NCBI GenBank assembly: GCA_039935735.1
Contig: JBDTJR010000258.1
Location: 1-52,294, forward strand
Direction: 5' to 3'
Length of the DNA stretch: 52,294 bases
Source: Chthoniobacterales bacterium
GTDB lineage: Bacteria > Verrucomicrobiota > Verrucomicrobiia > Chthoniobacterales > JBDTJR01
Shown here: piece by piece, positions 11,823-20,227 of the stretch
Layout: the number at the start of each line of letters is the position of its first letter
Position numbering within the stretch: the first letter of the stretch is position 1
Position numbers and translations under genes: made by a program
Notes under the pieces: generated by a model
What the model saw: only the letters and a program-made list of their open reading frames with translations
Database searches by the model: none
Told to the model about the DNA's origin: nothing

Positions 11823-11876
11823 TTCGCCCCACTTTGGGCGGTGTTTGTCCCCTGAGTGGGCACTTTCGTCCCCTGA
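11823..11876 (+). promoter_or_regulatory. Three direct repeats at a 21-bp period; putative LytTR operator
   Basis: TTCGCCCCACTT (11823), TTTGTCCCCTGA (11844) and TTCGTCCCCTGA (11865), lying between the LytS/LytTR pair and the divergent operon. Confidence 0.7.
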
Positions 11877-11913
11877 CGCTGGAGAGTTCGAAGCTTTGCG
11901 TGAATATAGACTC

Positions 11914-12588
11914 ATGAAAATGAAATACCCTCGGGCGCAATGGAGAATCTCAATCCTTGCCGCCGCTGTTTTTGCGGGAACCCTCCATTCCTCGAAAGCC
12001 GAGGACTGGGAAAAGTCCTCGGGACTATGGACGCAGTCCGTCGTGCTGGAACAAAAGGCCAACTACGAAGGCTCGCTTGCCATCATGGGGGAGTTTGCAC
12101 GCGAGGGGCATGATAACTACCTCGCGATGCTGCGCAGCGGATGGCTGAGCTACGAAGCCAAGCAGTATAAAAAATCTATTCAATATTATGATGCAGCGGC
12201 AAGAGCCATGCCCACCTCCGTAACGCCGCTTCTTGGTTTGGCAACTTCCTATCGCGCGGATGGAGATACCGCTTCCACCGAAAAAACCTATGAGCAGGTT
12301 CTCATGCGTGATCCGGGAAATTATACCGCAGCGCTGGCGCTCGGAAGCTATTGGTATCTCAAAAACGATTTCTACAAAGCAGCGCAATATTATGCGCTGG
12401 TGCAAAAGCAATATCCTGAAGATACCACAAGCCTAAGCGGTCTCGGGTGGTCGCTCATTTATCTCAATAAAAAACGGGATGCGCAGCCGCTTTTTCAACG
12501 ACTGCTGATTTTATCGCCGACTTATCTCCAGGCGAAACAAGGCTATGACATTTCAGGCGGAAAGCAGGCTGTGGCAACTCGCCCCTGA
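11914..12588 (+). CDS. Secreted tetratricopeptide-repeat protein
   Basis: Signal peptide (MKMKYPR...HSSKA) followed by TPR-like helix pairs (LRSGWLSY..., LLGLATSY..., ALALGSYWY..., LSGLGWSL...). Start taken at 11914. Confidence 0.85.
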   Translation: MKMKYPRAQWRISILAAAVFAGTLHSSKAEDWEKSSGLWTQSVVLEQKANYEGSLAIMGEFAREGHDNYLAMLRSGWLSYEAKQYKKSIQYYDAAARAMPTSVTPLLGLATSYRADGDTASTEKTYEQVLMRDPGNYTAALALGSYWYLKNDFYKAAQYYALVQKQYPEDTTSLSGLGWSLIYLNKKRDAQPLFQRLLILSPTYLQAKQGYDISGGKQAVATRP

Positions 12589-12599
12589 ACTTTAATTTT

Positions 12600-12854
12600 A
12601 TGAACCGTCAACTCATCTCCAACTTTGCGGTCAGTCCGAACGGACTCGGATTTCGGTCCGACACTGGGGAAGTATATCGACTAAATCCCAGCGCGTGCGA
12701 AATCCTTCGACTAATCAGCGACGGGAAAGACGATGTTTATATTTCCCAATACCTCTCGGAGAAATATGCGCAACTCCTGCCGCGCATGCGGAATGATCTC
12801 TCTTCATTTTTTGAACATCTGGAAAACCTTCGACTCATCACCCCTCATGAATGA
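12600..12854 (+). CDS. PqqD-family / RiPP recognition element (RRE) protein
   Basis: 84 aa with TGEVYRLNPSACEILRLISDG...ISQYLSEKY...DLSSFFEHLENLRLI, the typical three-strand, three-helix PqqD pattern. Confidence 0.85.
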   Translation: MNRQLISNFAVSPNGLGFRSDTGEVYRLNPSACEILRLISDGKDDVYISQYLSEKYAQLLPRMRNDLSSFFEHLENLRLITPHE

Positions 12855-13917
12855 TAAAACGTTTCCTTTGCTTGCCGTCACGGGTCTTGGTCGTGGCGAA
12901 AATCCCCAACCCGGCTTTGCCGTGGCGGCAAGTTTGCTGCGAAACTGGCCCATGGCGCACATTGCTGGCCTGGCATACGATGCGCTTGAGAGCGGAATTT
13001 ATGCCACCGACTGTTTTGATGCCGTCTTTACGATTCCCTATCCCTCCGTGGGAACTCAGATAATGCTGGAGCGTATCGACGAGATTCGAAGCAAGTTTCC
13101 TTTTACCGTGCTTATTCCGACATTGGACGCAGAGTTGGAACTTTTCATAAGCCTGCGCAAGGAACTGAATGATCGCGGGATTCAAGTGATGCTACCGGAC
13201 AGCGATGCGCTAAAGGCACGAAGAAAATCCAACCTCCCCACTCTCGCCGCAGCCGCAAAAGTCAAAGTCCCTTGCACCTATATCGCAAACAGCGCTTATG
13301 AGGCCGCCGAATATTGTGCAATAATCGGATCAGCCGTCATGGTCAAAGGGCCTTTTTATGAAGCACGCCGCGCGGAATCTCCCTTCATAGCAAGTGTACA
13401 CGCAAGCCGGATTCTAGCCGAGTGGGGCGGGCCGATCATTGTACAGGAAATCATCACGGGAACAGAATTTGATCTACTTGGCCTGGGCGACGGCACGGGC
13501 CGCATGCTGGGCTCGTGCTCGATTCGCAAGATGGTCGTCTCCTCCCAGGGTAAAGGATACGCGGGAATTACCGTGCATGACAAAAATCTCCTGAGTGTGT
13601 GCGAATCACTTCTCAAGGAATTGAAATGGAAGGGCCCTCTGGAATTTGAATTCATACGAGACAAGGACGGAGAATTCTACCTGATTGAAATTAATCCCCG
13701 ATTTCCTGCGTGGGTGGATTTCCCCGCTCAGCTCGGATGCAACCTCGCGCAGGCTGCCGTGGAAAATCTTCTCGGATGGGAATCGAAAATGCTATGCGAC
13801 ATTCCTGCCGGAAAGATCTTTCTGCGTCACAGCGTGGACATGATTTGTGATGTCGAAGAATTCGCGGCTCTTACTGCGGAAGGCTCCATTGTTCGCACCT
13901 ACACCGATCTCGTATGA
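12847..13917 (+). CDS. ATP-grasp carboxylate-amine ligase
   Basis: Motifs LIPTLDAEL, VMVKG, IIVQEIITGTEF, WKGPLEFEF and YLIEINPRF. Start taken at MNDKTF (12847), overlapping the PqqD stop. Confidence 0.9.
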   Translation: MNDKTFPLLAVTGLGRGENPQPGFAVAASLLRNWPMAHIAGLAYDALESGIYATDCFDAVFTIPYPSVGTQIMLERIDEIRSKFPFTVLIPTLDAELELFISLRKELNDRGIQVMLPDSDALKARRKSNLPTLAAAAKVKVPCTYIANSAYEAAEYCAIIGSAVMVKGPFYEARRAESPFIASVHASRILAEWGGPIIVQEIITGTEFDLLGLGDGTGRMLGSCSIRKMVVSSQGKGYAGITVHDKNLLSVCESLLKELKWKGPLEFEFIRDKDGEFYLIEINPRFPAWVDFPAQLGCNLAQAAVENLLGWESKMLCDIPAGKIFLRHSVDMICDVEEFAALTAEGSIVRTYTDLV

Positions 13918-15365
13918 AAACTCCCACTGCTTACGAACCACCTCGTATCGAGCTACTCGAAACGGGCCACATGAACCGAACGGCTTATGGCACACAGCCC
14001 ACCTGCTGCAAGGCAATAGACGGAATCGAGATTGAGGAACTCCTCAAAGCGCATGGTTCGCCGCTCTTTGTATTTTCAGAACGCACGCTTCGACAAACTT
14101 TTCAGCGCGCAAAAGCGGCGTTTGCGAGACACTACCCAAATTTTCAATTCGCATGGTCTTATAAGACGAACTATCTCAAAGCAATCTGTGCGGTTTTTCA
14201 CAGCGAAGGCGCTTTTGCGGAAGTCGTCTCGGAATTCGAATACGAAAAGGCGCGTGGGATGGGCATTCTCGGAAAGGAAATTATTTTCAACGGACCGCAT
14301 AAGCCGAGGAATGTTCTTCGTCGCGCATTGCTGGAAGGTGCACGCATCCAGATTGATCACTTCGAGGAATTAATTGCGGTGGAGGAAATCGTCGCGGAGG
14401 AAGCGCTGGATAATGCATGCGTTTCCCTGCGCCTTTACCTTGATGCGGGCATACGGCCCATTTGGTCGAAGTTTGGTTTTAATCTTGAAGATGGCGAGGC
14501 ATGGCGTGCCGCCCAGCGTCTGCACCACGGCGGCGTGGTGCGTCTCACCGGACTACATACTCACCTGGGAACTTTTATACTCGACCCAAATGCCTACCGC
14601 ATCGCCGCGGGCAAGCTGACGCAGTTTGCCGCGCGCATGCACAAGGATCTGGGTTTTGAAATTAACACTTTGAATATGGGCGGAGGCTTTGCATCACGCA
14701 ATACGCTGCATGGTCAATATCTCCCAGCGGAACAGATCACGCCGGATTTCGAGGCGTATGCGGCAGCGATCAGCGAAGGAATTTTTAACAATCTGCCGGT
14801 GGACATGAAACCTCCGAAGCTGCTTCTTGAATCCGGAAGATCTCTTGTTGACGAAGCGGGTTACTTGCTCACCACGGTCATCGCCAATAAACGCAATCGT
14901 CTTTTTTCCGAAGCCGCCGCTCTGGCCACCGCAGCAAAAGGCCCCGTGAGCCAACGGACTGCGTCGTGTGTTCCAGGATCACCAGCGATCATTGTCGATG
15001 CAGGGGTTCATCTTCTTTATACGGCAAACTGGTATCGGCATAAAATTCAACCCGTGCGGGCATCGTCGGGACAACCTGTTCCCACGACCGTTTACGGATG
15101 CCTGTGTATGAATATCGACGTCATTCAGGAAGCAACTCCCCTCCCCGGACTTAGCCCCGGCGATACCCTCGTTATTCATCCGGTGGGCGCCTACAACATC
15201 ACGCAGTCGATGCAGTTTATAGGTTACCGCCCTGCCGTCGTCATGGTCATGGAAAATGGAGATGTGGAGGTCATTCGATCTCGCGAAACTCTCGCTTACG
15301 TGGAGGCTCTCGAGTATTTGCCTGAATTTATCCGAAACAAAAAAATGGAGAACATTACCGTATGA
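13914..15365 (+). CDS. PLP-dependent fold-type III decarboxylase-family enzyme (diaminopimelate decarboxylase-like, substrate uncertain)
   Basis: HGSPLFVF, SYKTN (PLP lysine), IIFNGPHK, SKFG, GLHTHLGT, LNMGGGF, ESGRSLV, GCLCMNID and VGAY. ATGA overlap with the ATP-grasp gene. Confidence 0.88.
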   Translation: MKTPTAYEPPRIELLETGHMNRTAYGTQPTCCKAIDGIEIEELLKAHGSPLFVFSERTLRQTFQRAKAAFARHYPNFQFAWSYKTNYLKAICAVFHSEGAFAEVVSEFEYEKARGMGILGKEIIFNGPHKPRNVLRRALLEGARIQIDHFEELIAVEEIVAEEALDNACVSLRLYLDAGIRPIWSKFGFNLEDGEAWRAAQRLHHGGVVRLTGLHTHLGTFILDPNAYRIAAGKLTQFAARMHKDLGFEINTLNMGGGFASRNTLHGQYLPAEQITPDFEAYAAAISEGIFNNLPVDMKPPKLLLESGRSLVDEAGYLLTTVIANKRNRLFSEAAALATAAKGPVSQRTASCVPGSPAIIVDAGVHLLYTANWYRHKIQPVRASSGQPVPTTVYGCLCMNIDVIQEATPLPGLSPGDTLVIHPVGAYNITQSMQFIGYRPAVVMVMENGDVEVIRSRETLAYVEALEYLPEFIRNKKMENITV

Positions 15366-17560
15366 GTTCTTCATTTCATTCCTTGAGAAAAACTTTCCTA
15401 CTGTCGGAACTCAGTTACGCAAATGTGCTTTTTACCGGCGAGGCGAAGATGGGAGCGTTGCTACTTCTTACAACATTTCTCAATCCCTGGCAGGGCGCTA
15501 CCGGACTCGCAGGAATTCTACTCACTCTCTGGATTGCGAACAAAACAGGATTCGACTGTTTTTCAGTTTCCAGCGGACAGCTTCTTTTCAATTCTCTTTT
15601 ATCCTCACTCGCCCTCGCCTATTGGCTGCCGTTTGGTTCTGTCTCTTTGATGATTTATGTCGCACTTCTTTGTTTTATTTGTGCGGCAACGCTGGGTGTT
15701 ACGTTAGTTCTTAATCATTGCACGATTACCCTCACCGGCATACCAGCGCTGAGTCTTCCATTTTGCGCCACGTCGACGGCTTTGCATTGGATCATTGTAC
15801 AAACGGGGCTTACTTTTCATCTCCCCGGATCGCATAGCAGTCTTTTCACGCTGGAACTTCCTGCACACGTGACGCTCTGGCTGGAATCTTTAGGATCAAT
15901 TTTCTTTCTTCCCCATATCGATGCAGGAATCTTTATCGCCGTTATCGTTCTCCTTACCACACGGCTTAACTTTCTTTATGCCATAGTCGGTTTTGCCGTC
16001 TCGATGGGAGTGATGCGCGGTACAGGATACTCTGTGAACGAATCTGCGTGGCTGCATTTGAACTGCATCCTTTGCGCGATGGCTCTGGGAGGCACTTTTT
16101 TTGTTCCGTCGCGTTACTCACTTTTGGTCGCGGTTGTCGGCTCCGCTTTTTGTGCTCTTATCGGAATAGCATCTATTCACTTCCTTCAACTGCTTGATAT
16201 TCCCGTCCTGACATTGCCATTTAACATAACCGTTATAGGTATTGTCGCCGCATTGCGTTGGAGAATAAGCCGGACGCATCCCACTTCGGTATCGATTCCC
16301 GGTTCCACACCGGAAGCCACCTTCCGAATCGCACAACTTACGGAGGCACGCTTCCCAGACTCCGATTTGCCAACACTCGCACCGCCTTTCGATGGTGAGT
16401 GGATTGTCACACAGGGCTTTGAAGGAAAACTGACTCACCGGGGGGCGTGGCAGCATGCGCTGGATTTCGAAGTTGCGGACTCGACTCATAAACCAGCACG
16501 ACCAAAGAGTTCGGAGCTTAAGGATTTCCCATCGTTTGAAGCTCCCATCGTAGCTCCTTCTGATGGGAAAATCATAAGCATCATTGACGATGTCGCGGAT
16601 AATCCCATTGGGGAAAACAACCTTTCTGATAATTGGGGGAATTCCATACTAATGGAACTCTCTCCTGGTCTCTACGTGCAGCTTTCTCATTTTCGCCGCC
16701 AGGGCATTCGAGTACGGGAAGGAGATCGCGTAAGACGAGGTCAGCTTCTCGGTTATCTCGGCAATTCCGGACGGTCTCCCCTCCCTCACCTGCACTTGCA
16801 AATGCAAACCATTCCCGAAATCGGAGCTCCTACAATTCCCTTTCGCTTTCATGGCTATCGCACACCTGCGGAATCATCCAGGTGGTTCTATCACTTCCGG
16901 GGATTGCCGTTGGAAAACCAACCACTCGCGGGGTGTCGGAAAACACGTTGGATGGAAGATTGTTTTAACTATCCTGATGAGCGTGACCATCAATACCGGG
17001 TATTCACCGCCGCAGGAGAAGATGAAGAAACGCTTCATTTTTTAACAAACCCCGATGGCAGCCCTCATTTATATTCTTCAAAATATTCCTCACATCTTCA
17101 TTTGAAAATTTATAATCACCATCTGATTCCATGGGATTACAAGGGCCCTCGAAATGGCATCCTCTTCCTGTTGTGGCAAGCCGGCAGAATACCGCTTTTC
17201 CCAATCGGTGGACTGACATGGAATGAAACGGTAAGTACAAACCCTGGTTCAGGCTTTCAAAAGGCGTGGGGTGATCTTCTTGCGCCTTTCACACAATCCA
17301 AGCTCCCTGAGTTGAGCGGCGAAATACTGGATTATGATAACGCCACAAAGCAATTTACCATTCGCTGCCATTTCCATAGTCGCTCTTCAAAAGAATCTCT
17401 TCAAATTCTCGAGCTTTGCTTCGATAACCAACTCCTGCTGGTCTCCGGACGCATCGAGACGAGTAAAAGCTGGATGCGTTTCATAACCTCAAAATCGCCT
17501 GATCTTCCTTACGGAATATTCCCCATTTCGGAGAGGGAGGAATCTCGCTGTTTAGTCTAA
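15362..17560 (+). CDS. Urea-transporter-family membrane domain fused to an M23 metallopeptidase domain and an unknown C-terminal domain
   Basis: Hydrophobic N-terminal ~300 aa with the duplicated UT signature IPALSLPF/IPVLTLPF. Then THRGAWQHALDF, APSDGKI, WGNSI, GDRVRRGQLLGYLGNSGRSPLPHLHLQ (M23 HxH motif). Confidence 0.85.
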   Translation: MSSSFHSLRKTFLLSELSYANVLFTGEAKMGALLLLTTFLNPWQGATGLAGILLTLWIANKTGFDCFSVSSGQLLFNSLLSSLALAYWLPFGSVSLMIYVALLCFICAATLGVTLVLNHCTITLTGIPALSLPFCATSTALHWIIVQTGLTFHLPGSHSSLFTLELPAHVTLWLESLGSIFFLPHIDAGIFIAVIVLLTTRLNFLYAIVGFAVSMGVMRGTGYSVNESAWLHLNCILCAMALGGTFFVPSRYSLLVAVVGSAFCALIGIASIHFLQLLDIPVLTLPFNITVIGIVAALRWRISRTHPTSVSIPGSTPEATFRIAQLTEARFPDSDLPTLAPPFDGEWIVTQGFEGKLTHRGAWQHALDFEVADSTHKPARPKSSELKDFPSFEAPIVAPSDGKIISIIDDVADNPIGENNLSDNWGNSILMELSPGLYVQLSHFRRQGIRVREGDRVRRGQLLGYLGNSGRSPLPHLHLQMQTIPEIGAPTIPFRFHGYRTPAESSRWFYHFRGLPLENQPLAGCRKTRWMEDCFNYPDERDHQYRVFTAAGEDEETLHFLTNPDGSPHLYSSKYSSHLHLKIYNHHLIPWDYKGPRNGILFLLWQAGRIPLFPIGGLTWNETVSTNPGSGFQKAWGDLLAPFTQSKLPELSGEILDYDNATKQFTIRCHFHSRSSKESLQILELCFDNQLLLVSGRIETSKSWMRFITSKSPDLPYGIFPISEREESRCLV

Positions 17561-17567
17561 TGAATGC

Positions 17568-19724
17568 CTACGCACCCTGTCTGTTCTCGAGACGCTCCAG
17601 CGCTTTTTCGAGAGCAAGCGAAAGCGACCACTGTCGGATTGGCTTGGTAAGAAAATCATCCATGCCCGCTTCTTCGGCTCTACGTCTGTCTTCCGGAAGA
17701 ACGGCTGCCGTAAGTGCAATGACCTCGACTCTTGGAGAGTGTCTTCCGGCTTGTTCAAGACGACGAATTTCGCGTGTAGCCTCGAACCCATCCATTACGG
17801 GCATCTGGCAATCCATAAGGATGACATCGAAACTTTCCGAATTTTGAACCATGAGAGCGGCGATCCCGTTTTTTGCACTCACGATGTGTTCGCAACCCAT
17901 GCGCTTGAGTAGAAGTGTGATCAGTTTCGAATTCGATTCGTTATCATCGACTACGAGAATCCGTAGATTGGAAACATTTTTTGAAACCTTCGGAATTTGA
18001 AACTTTTCCTCTGCTGCCAAATTTTCATTAATGATTGAATGGTGCCTGGGCTCCGACGACTTCGAAAACGGTACCTCGAAATGGAAGATCGAGCCTTTAT
18101 CCATTTCGCTTTCCACCCAAATACGTCCACCCATGGCTTCGATAAGCGACTTACTAATCGCAAGCCCCAGTCCCGTTCCGCCAAACTGGCGTGAGGTTGA
18201 AGAATCCACCTGTGCAAATCGCTCGAATATTTGCACATATTTATCCTCAGGAATGCCGATTCCCGTGTCCTCTATTTTAAAATGCAGTAAATGCTGTGCG
18301 GCTTCCTCCCGCTTTGTGTCTTCCACTTCGCTGGAAGTAAGCTGGATTTCCACAACCCCAAGTGTAGTAAATTTTATGGCATTCGATGTGAGGTTAATTA
18401 AAACCTGCTTTAATCGATTCGCGTCTCCCATCAGAAAGGCAGGAACGGCAGAATCGATCGATACCTTGAAATTCAGATTTTTCTCCCGCGCTTTTTGCGA
18501 AAAAAGTTCCTCCACCTGTCGCACACAAAGCGTTGGTGAAAATACGTTGTTCTCAAGATCAATGCGTCCCGCTTCAATTTTTGAATAGTCGAGGATATCA
18601 TTGATGAGATTGAGCAGTACCTCTCCGCCCGTGAGGATGGGTTTAATAAGTTCGCGGGATTTTTCCGTAGGGCCGGTATCCCACAGAAGACTGGCAAAGC
18701 CGAGAATACTGTTTAGAGGAGAGCGAATCTCGTGGCTCATGGCCGCGAGGAACATACTCTTTGCATCTTCAGATAATTTTGCCCTACTGGTTGCAGCCAG
18801 GAGTTCAATCTTATCCCTCCGGATGGACTCCATTAATGTCGCCACCAGAATCGACGGAATGATTATCAATATTATTCCCGCATACCTTGCCGGATCAAAT
18901 CCGGGATGAAAAGCAAATGTCTGCAGCACAATGCCGGTCGTCGTTACAATATCGATTGAGAGTAAAGTAATCAGATTGAGAAAAAAACTTACACTGAGCG
19001 GCAACATCAGTGCGGCGATAACCAGCACGAGATTCAAAAGCAATACCGGAGGAAAGGAATGCTGTCGGGCAACTCCGGTAATCAACACAAAGAACACCAC
19101 GAAAATCACTACCAGAATCAAGAGATCTTTATTCCACAAAGCCCGTAGTCGCTCCCGCGTAATTGCCAGACAGAAAGGAAGCGCCGCAAACATTCCCAGC
19201 ACATGTGCAAGATACCACTGGAATGTATAACCCGGGAAATCTGTTATTCTAAAAATCCATACTCCTAAAGCACCAATCAGAAAACCCACCAAAGGAGCGA
19301 CAAGCATTGAAGGAGCAACACCCAAAATCAAACCTTTGATTCCGTGAGGAAAATTATGCGGCACATTAAAGCGGGAAATCAGCGCAATCCCCACCACGAT
19401 TTCAGCAAAATTTTGAGCAGTTAGAATTATAGAGGCCGTCAATGCGTATCCATATATCAAATATGCCGCAAGTATCAGGAGTCCTGTTATTGCCAATGCG
19501 CTGGCGCGTCTACGTTTCGGAAAACGCGTAATTGCGGCTGCCGCAATGCCTCCAGGGAGCCACACGGTCGCTACAATATTCGACTGACTCGCAAGATAGA
19601 TGCACAGCAGAGACAGGCAAAAATATAAAAAGCCGCAAATACAAAAAAAGAGCGCTCTCGATAGACGAAGAAATCGAATGTTCTCCGGCGGCTTCATAAG
19701 ATACCTTTCCGCAGACCGGAACAT
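17568..19724 (-). CDS. Hybrid sensor histidine kinase (MASE1-like TM region, HisKA, HATPase, REC)
   Basis: Multiple TM helices with VWLPGG; FLAAMSHEIRSPLN; NLTSNAIKFT; DTGIGI; GGTGLGLAIS; VVDDN...LMDCQMPVMDG...GMDDFLTKP. Confidence 0.95.
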   Translation of the reverse strand: MFRSAERYLMKPPENIRFLRLSRALFFCICGFLYFCLSLLCIYLASQSNIVATVWLPGGIAAAAITRFPKRRRASALAITGLLILAAYLIYGYALTASIILTAQNFAEIVVGIALISRFNVPHNFPHGIKGLILGVAPSMLVAPLVGFLIGALGVWIFRITDFPGYTFQWYLAHVLGMFAALPFCLAITRERLRALWNKDLLILVVIFVVFFVLITGVARQHSFPPVLLLNLVLVIAALMLPLSVSFFLNLITLLSIDIVTTTGIVLQTFAFHPGFDPARYAGIILIIIPSILVATLMESIRRDKIELLAATSRAKLSEDAKSMFLAAMSHEIRSPLNSILGFASLLWDTGPTEKSRELIKPILTGGEVLLNLINDILDYSKIEAGRIDLENNVFSPTLCVRQVEELFSQKAREKNLNFKVSIDSAVPAFLMGDANRLKQVLINLTSNAIKFTTLGVVEIQLTSSEVEDTKREEAAQHLLHFKIEDTGIGIPEDKYVQIFERFAQVDSSTSRQFGGTGLGLAISKSLIEAMGGRIWVESEMDKGSIFHFEVPFSKSSEPRHHSIINENLAAEEKFQIPKVSKNVSNLRILVVDDNESNSKLITLLLKRMGCEHIVSAKNGIAALMVQNSESFDVILMDCQMPVMDGFEATREIRRLEQAGRHSPRVEVIALTAAVLPEDRRRAEEAGMDDFLTKPIRQWSLSLALEKALERLENRQGA

Positions 19725-19795
19725 ATCGCAAGTTTAAAGATTGCGCCCACTGATGGAAGGTCGATTTCTTTCGCCGTCACAGGAAATTATGAGTA

Positions 19796-20215
19796 TTATG
19801 CTCCTACAATACTCACTACGATACATCGTTGGTGTGAGGCCCGCCGATGCTCGAAAACGAAAATCCCCTGCCACGCGCCAAGTTGCATCCGACTCTCTGC
19901 AATGGGAATCGTTTCGCTGGAACGCGTCAGTACAGATCTAATATGGGATGTCGTATCATCCAGCCCTTCGGCAGTGTGGACAAAATAAGGAGTCTCTTCA
20001 GGAACAAGCTCCTCAAAATATCGCGCCAGATCCACGCGTGCCGACGGGTCGGCATTTTCATAGATGATAAGGCTTGCGCTCGTGTGTTGAATAAAAATCG
20101 TAGCGATCCCCTCGCCTACCTTGCTGCGGCGGACAATTTCGGCAACCTCATCCGTAATTTCATAAGTCCCCTTGCCTTGCGTCTTCACGACAATGCTCTC
20201 CGTGTAGGTTTTCAT
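19796..20215 (-). CDS. yjbQ: YjbQ/UPF0047 family protein (secondary thiamine-phosphate synthase)
   Basis: Motifs HTSASLIIYENADP, HTAEG.DD..SHIRS and LGAWQGIFVFEHR. Confidence 0.92.
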   Translation of the reverse strand: MKTYTESIVVKTQGKGTYEITDEVAEIVRRSKVGEGIATIFIQHTSASLIIYENADPSARVDLARYFEELVPEETPYFVHTAEGLDDTTSHIRSVLTRSSETIPIAESRMQLGAWQGIFVFEHRRASHQRCIVVSIVGA

Positions 20216-20227
20216 ACTGTAAAATAC

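Noticed and set aside
11823-11876. Mini CRISPR array
   Set aside because: Repeats are ~12 bp with 9-bp spacers and there are no cas genes; the geometry fits a transcription-factor operator.
12600-12854. PQQ biosynthesis or a lasso-peptide cluster suggested by the PqqD-like gene
   Set aside because: No pqqA/B/C/E, radical SAM enzyme, lasso cyclase or B2 protease is present in the window.
11765-17567. A stand-alone RiPP precursor peptide gene near the RRE and ATP-grasp genes
   Set aside because: Gaps inside the operon are 11 nt or less, and the upstream gap holds the repeats and promoter. Small overlapping ORFs show no precursor features. A distant precursor cannot be excluded.
17568-19724. 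Hybrid kinase as part of the five-gene system
   Set aside because: It is convergently transcribed and of a generic architecture; nothing beyond adjacency links it.
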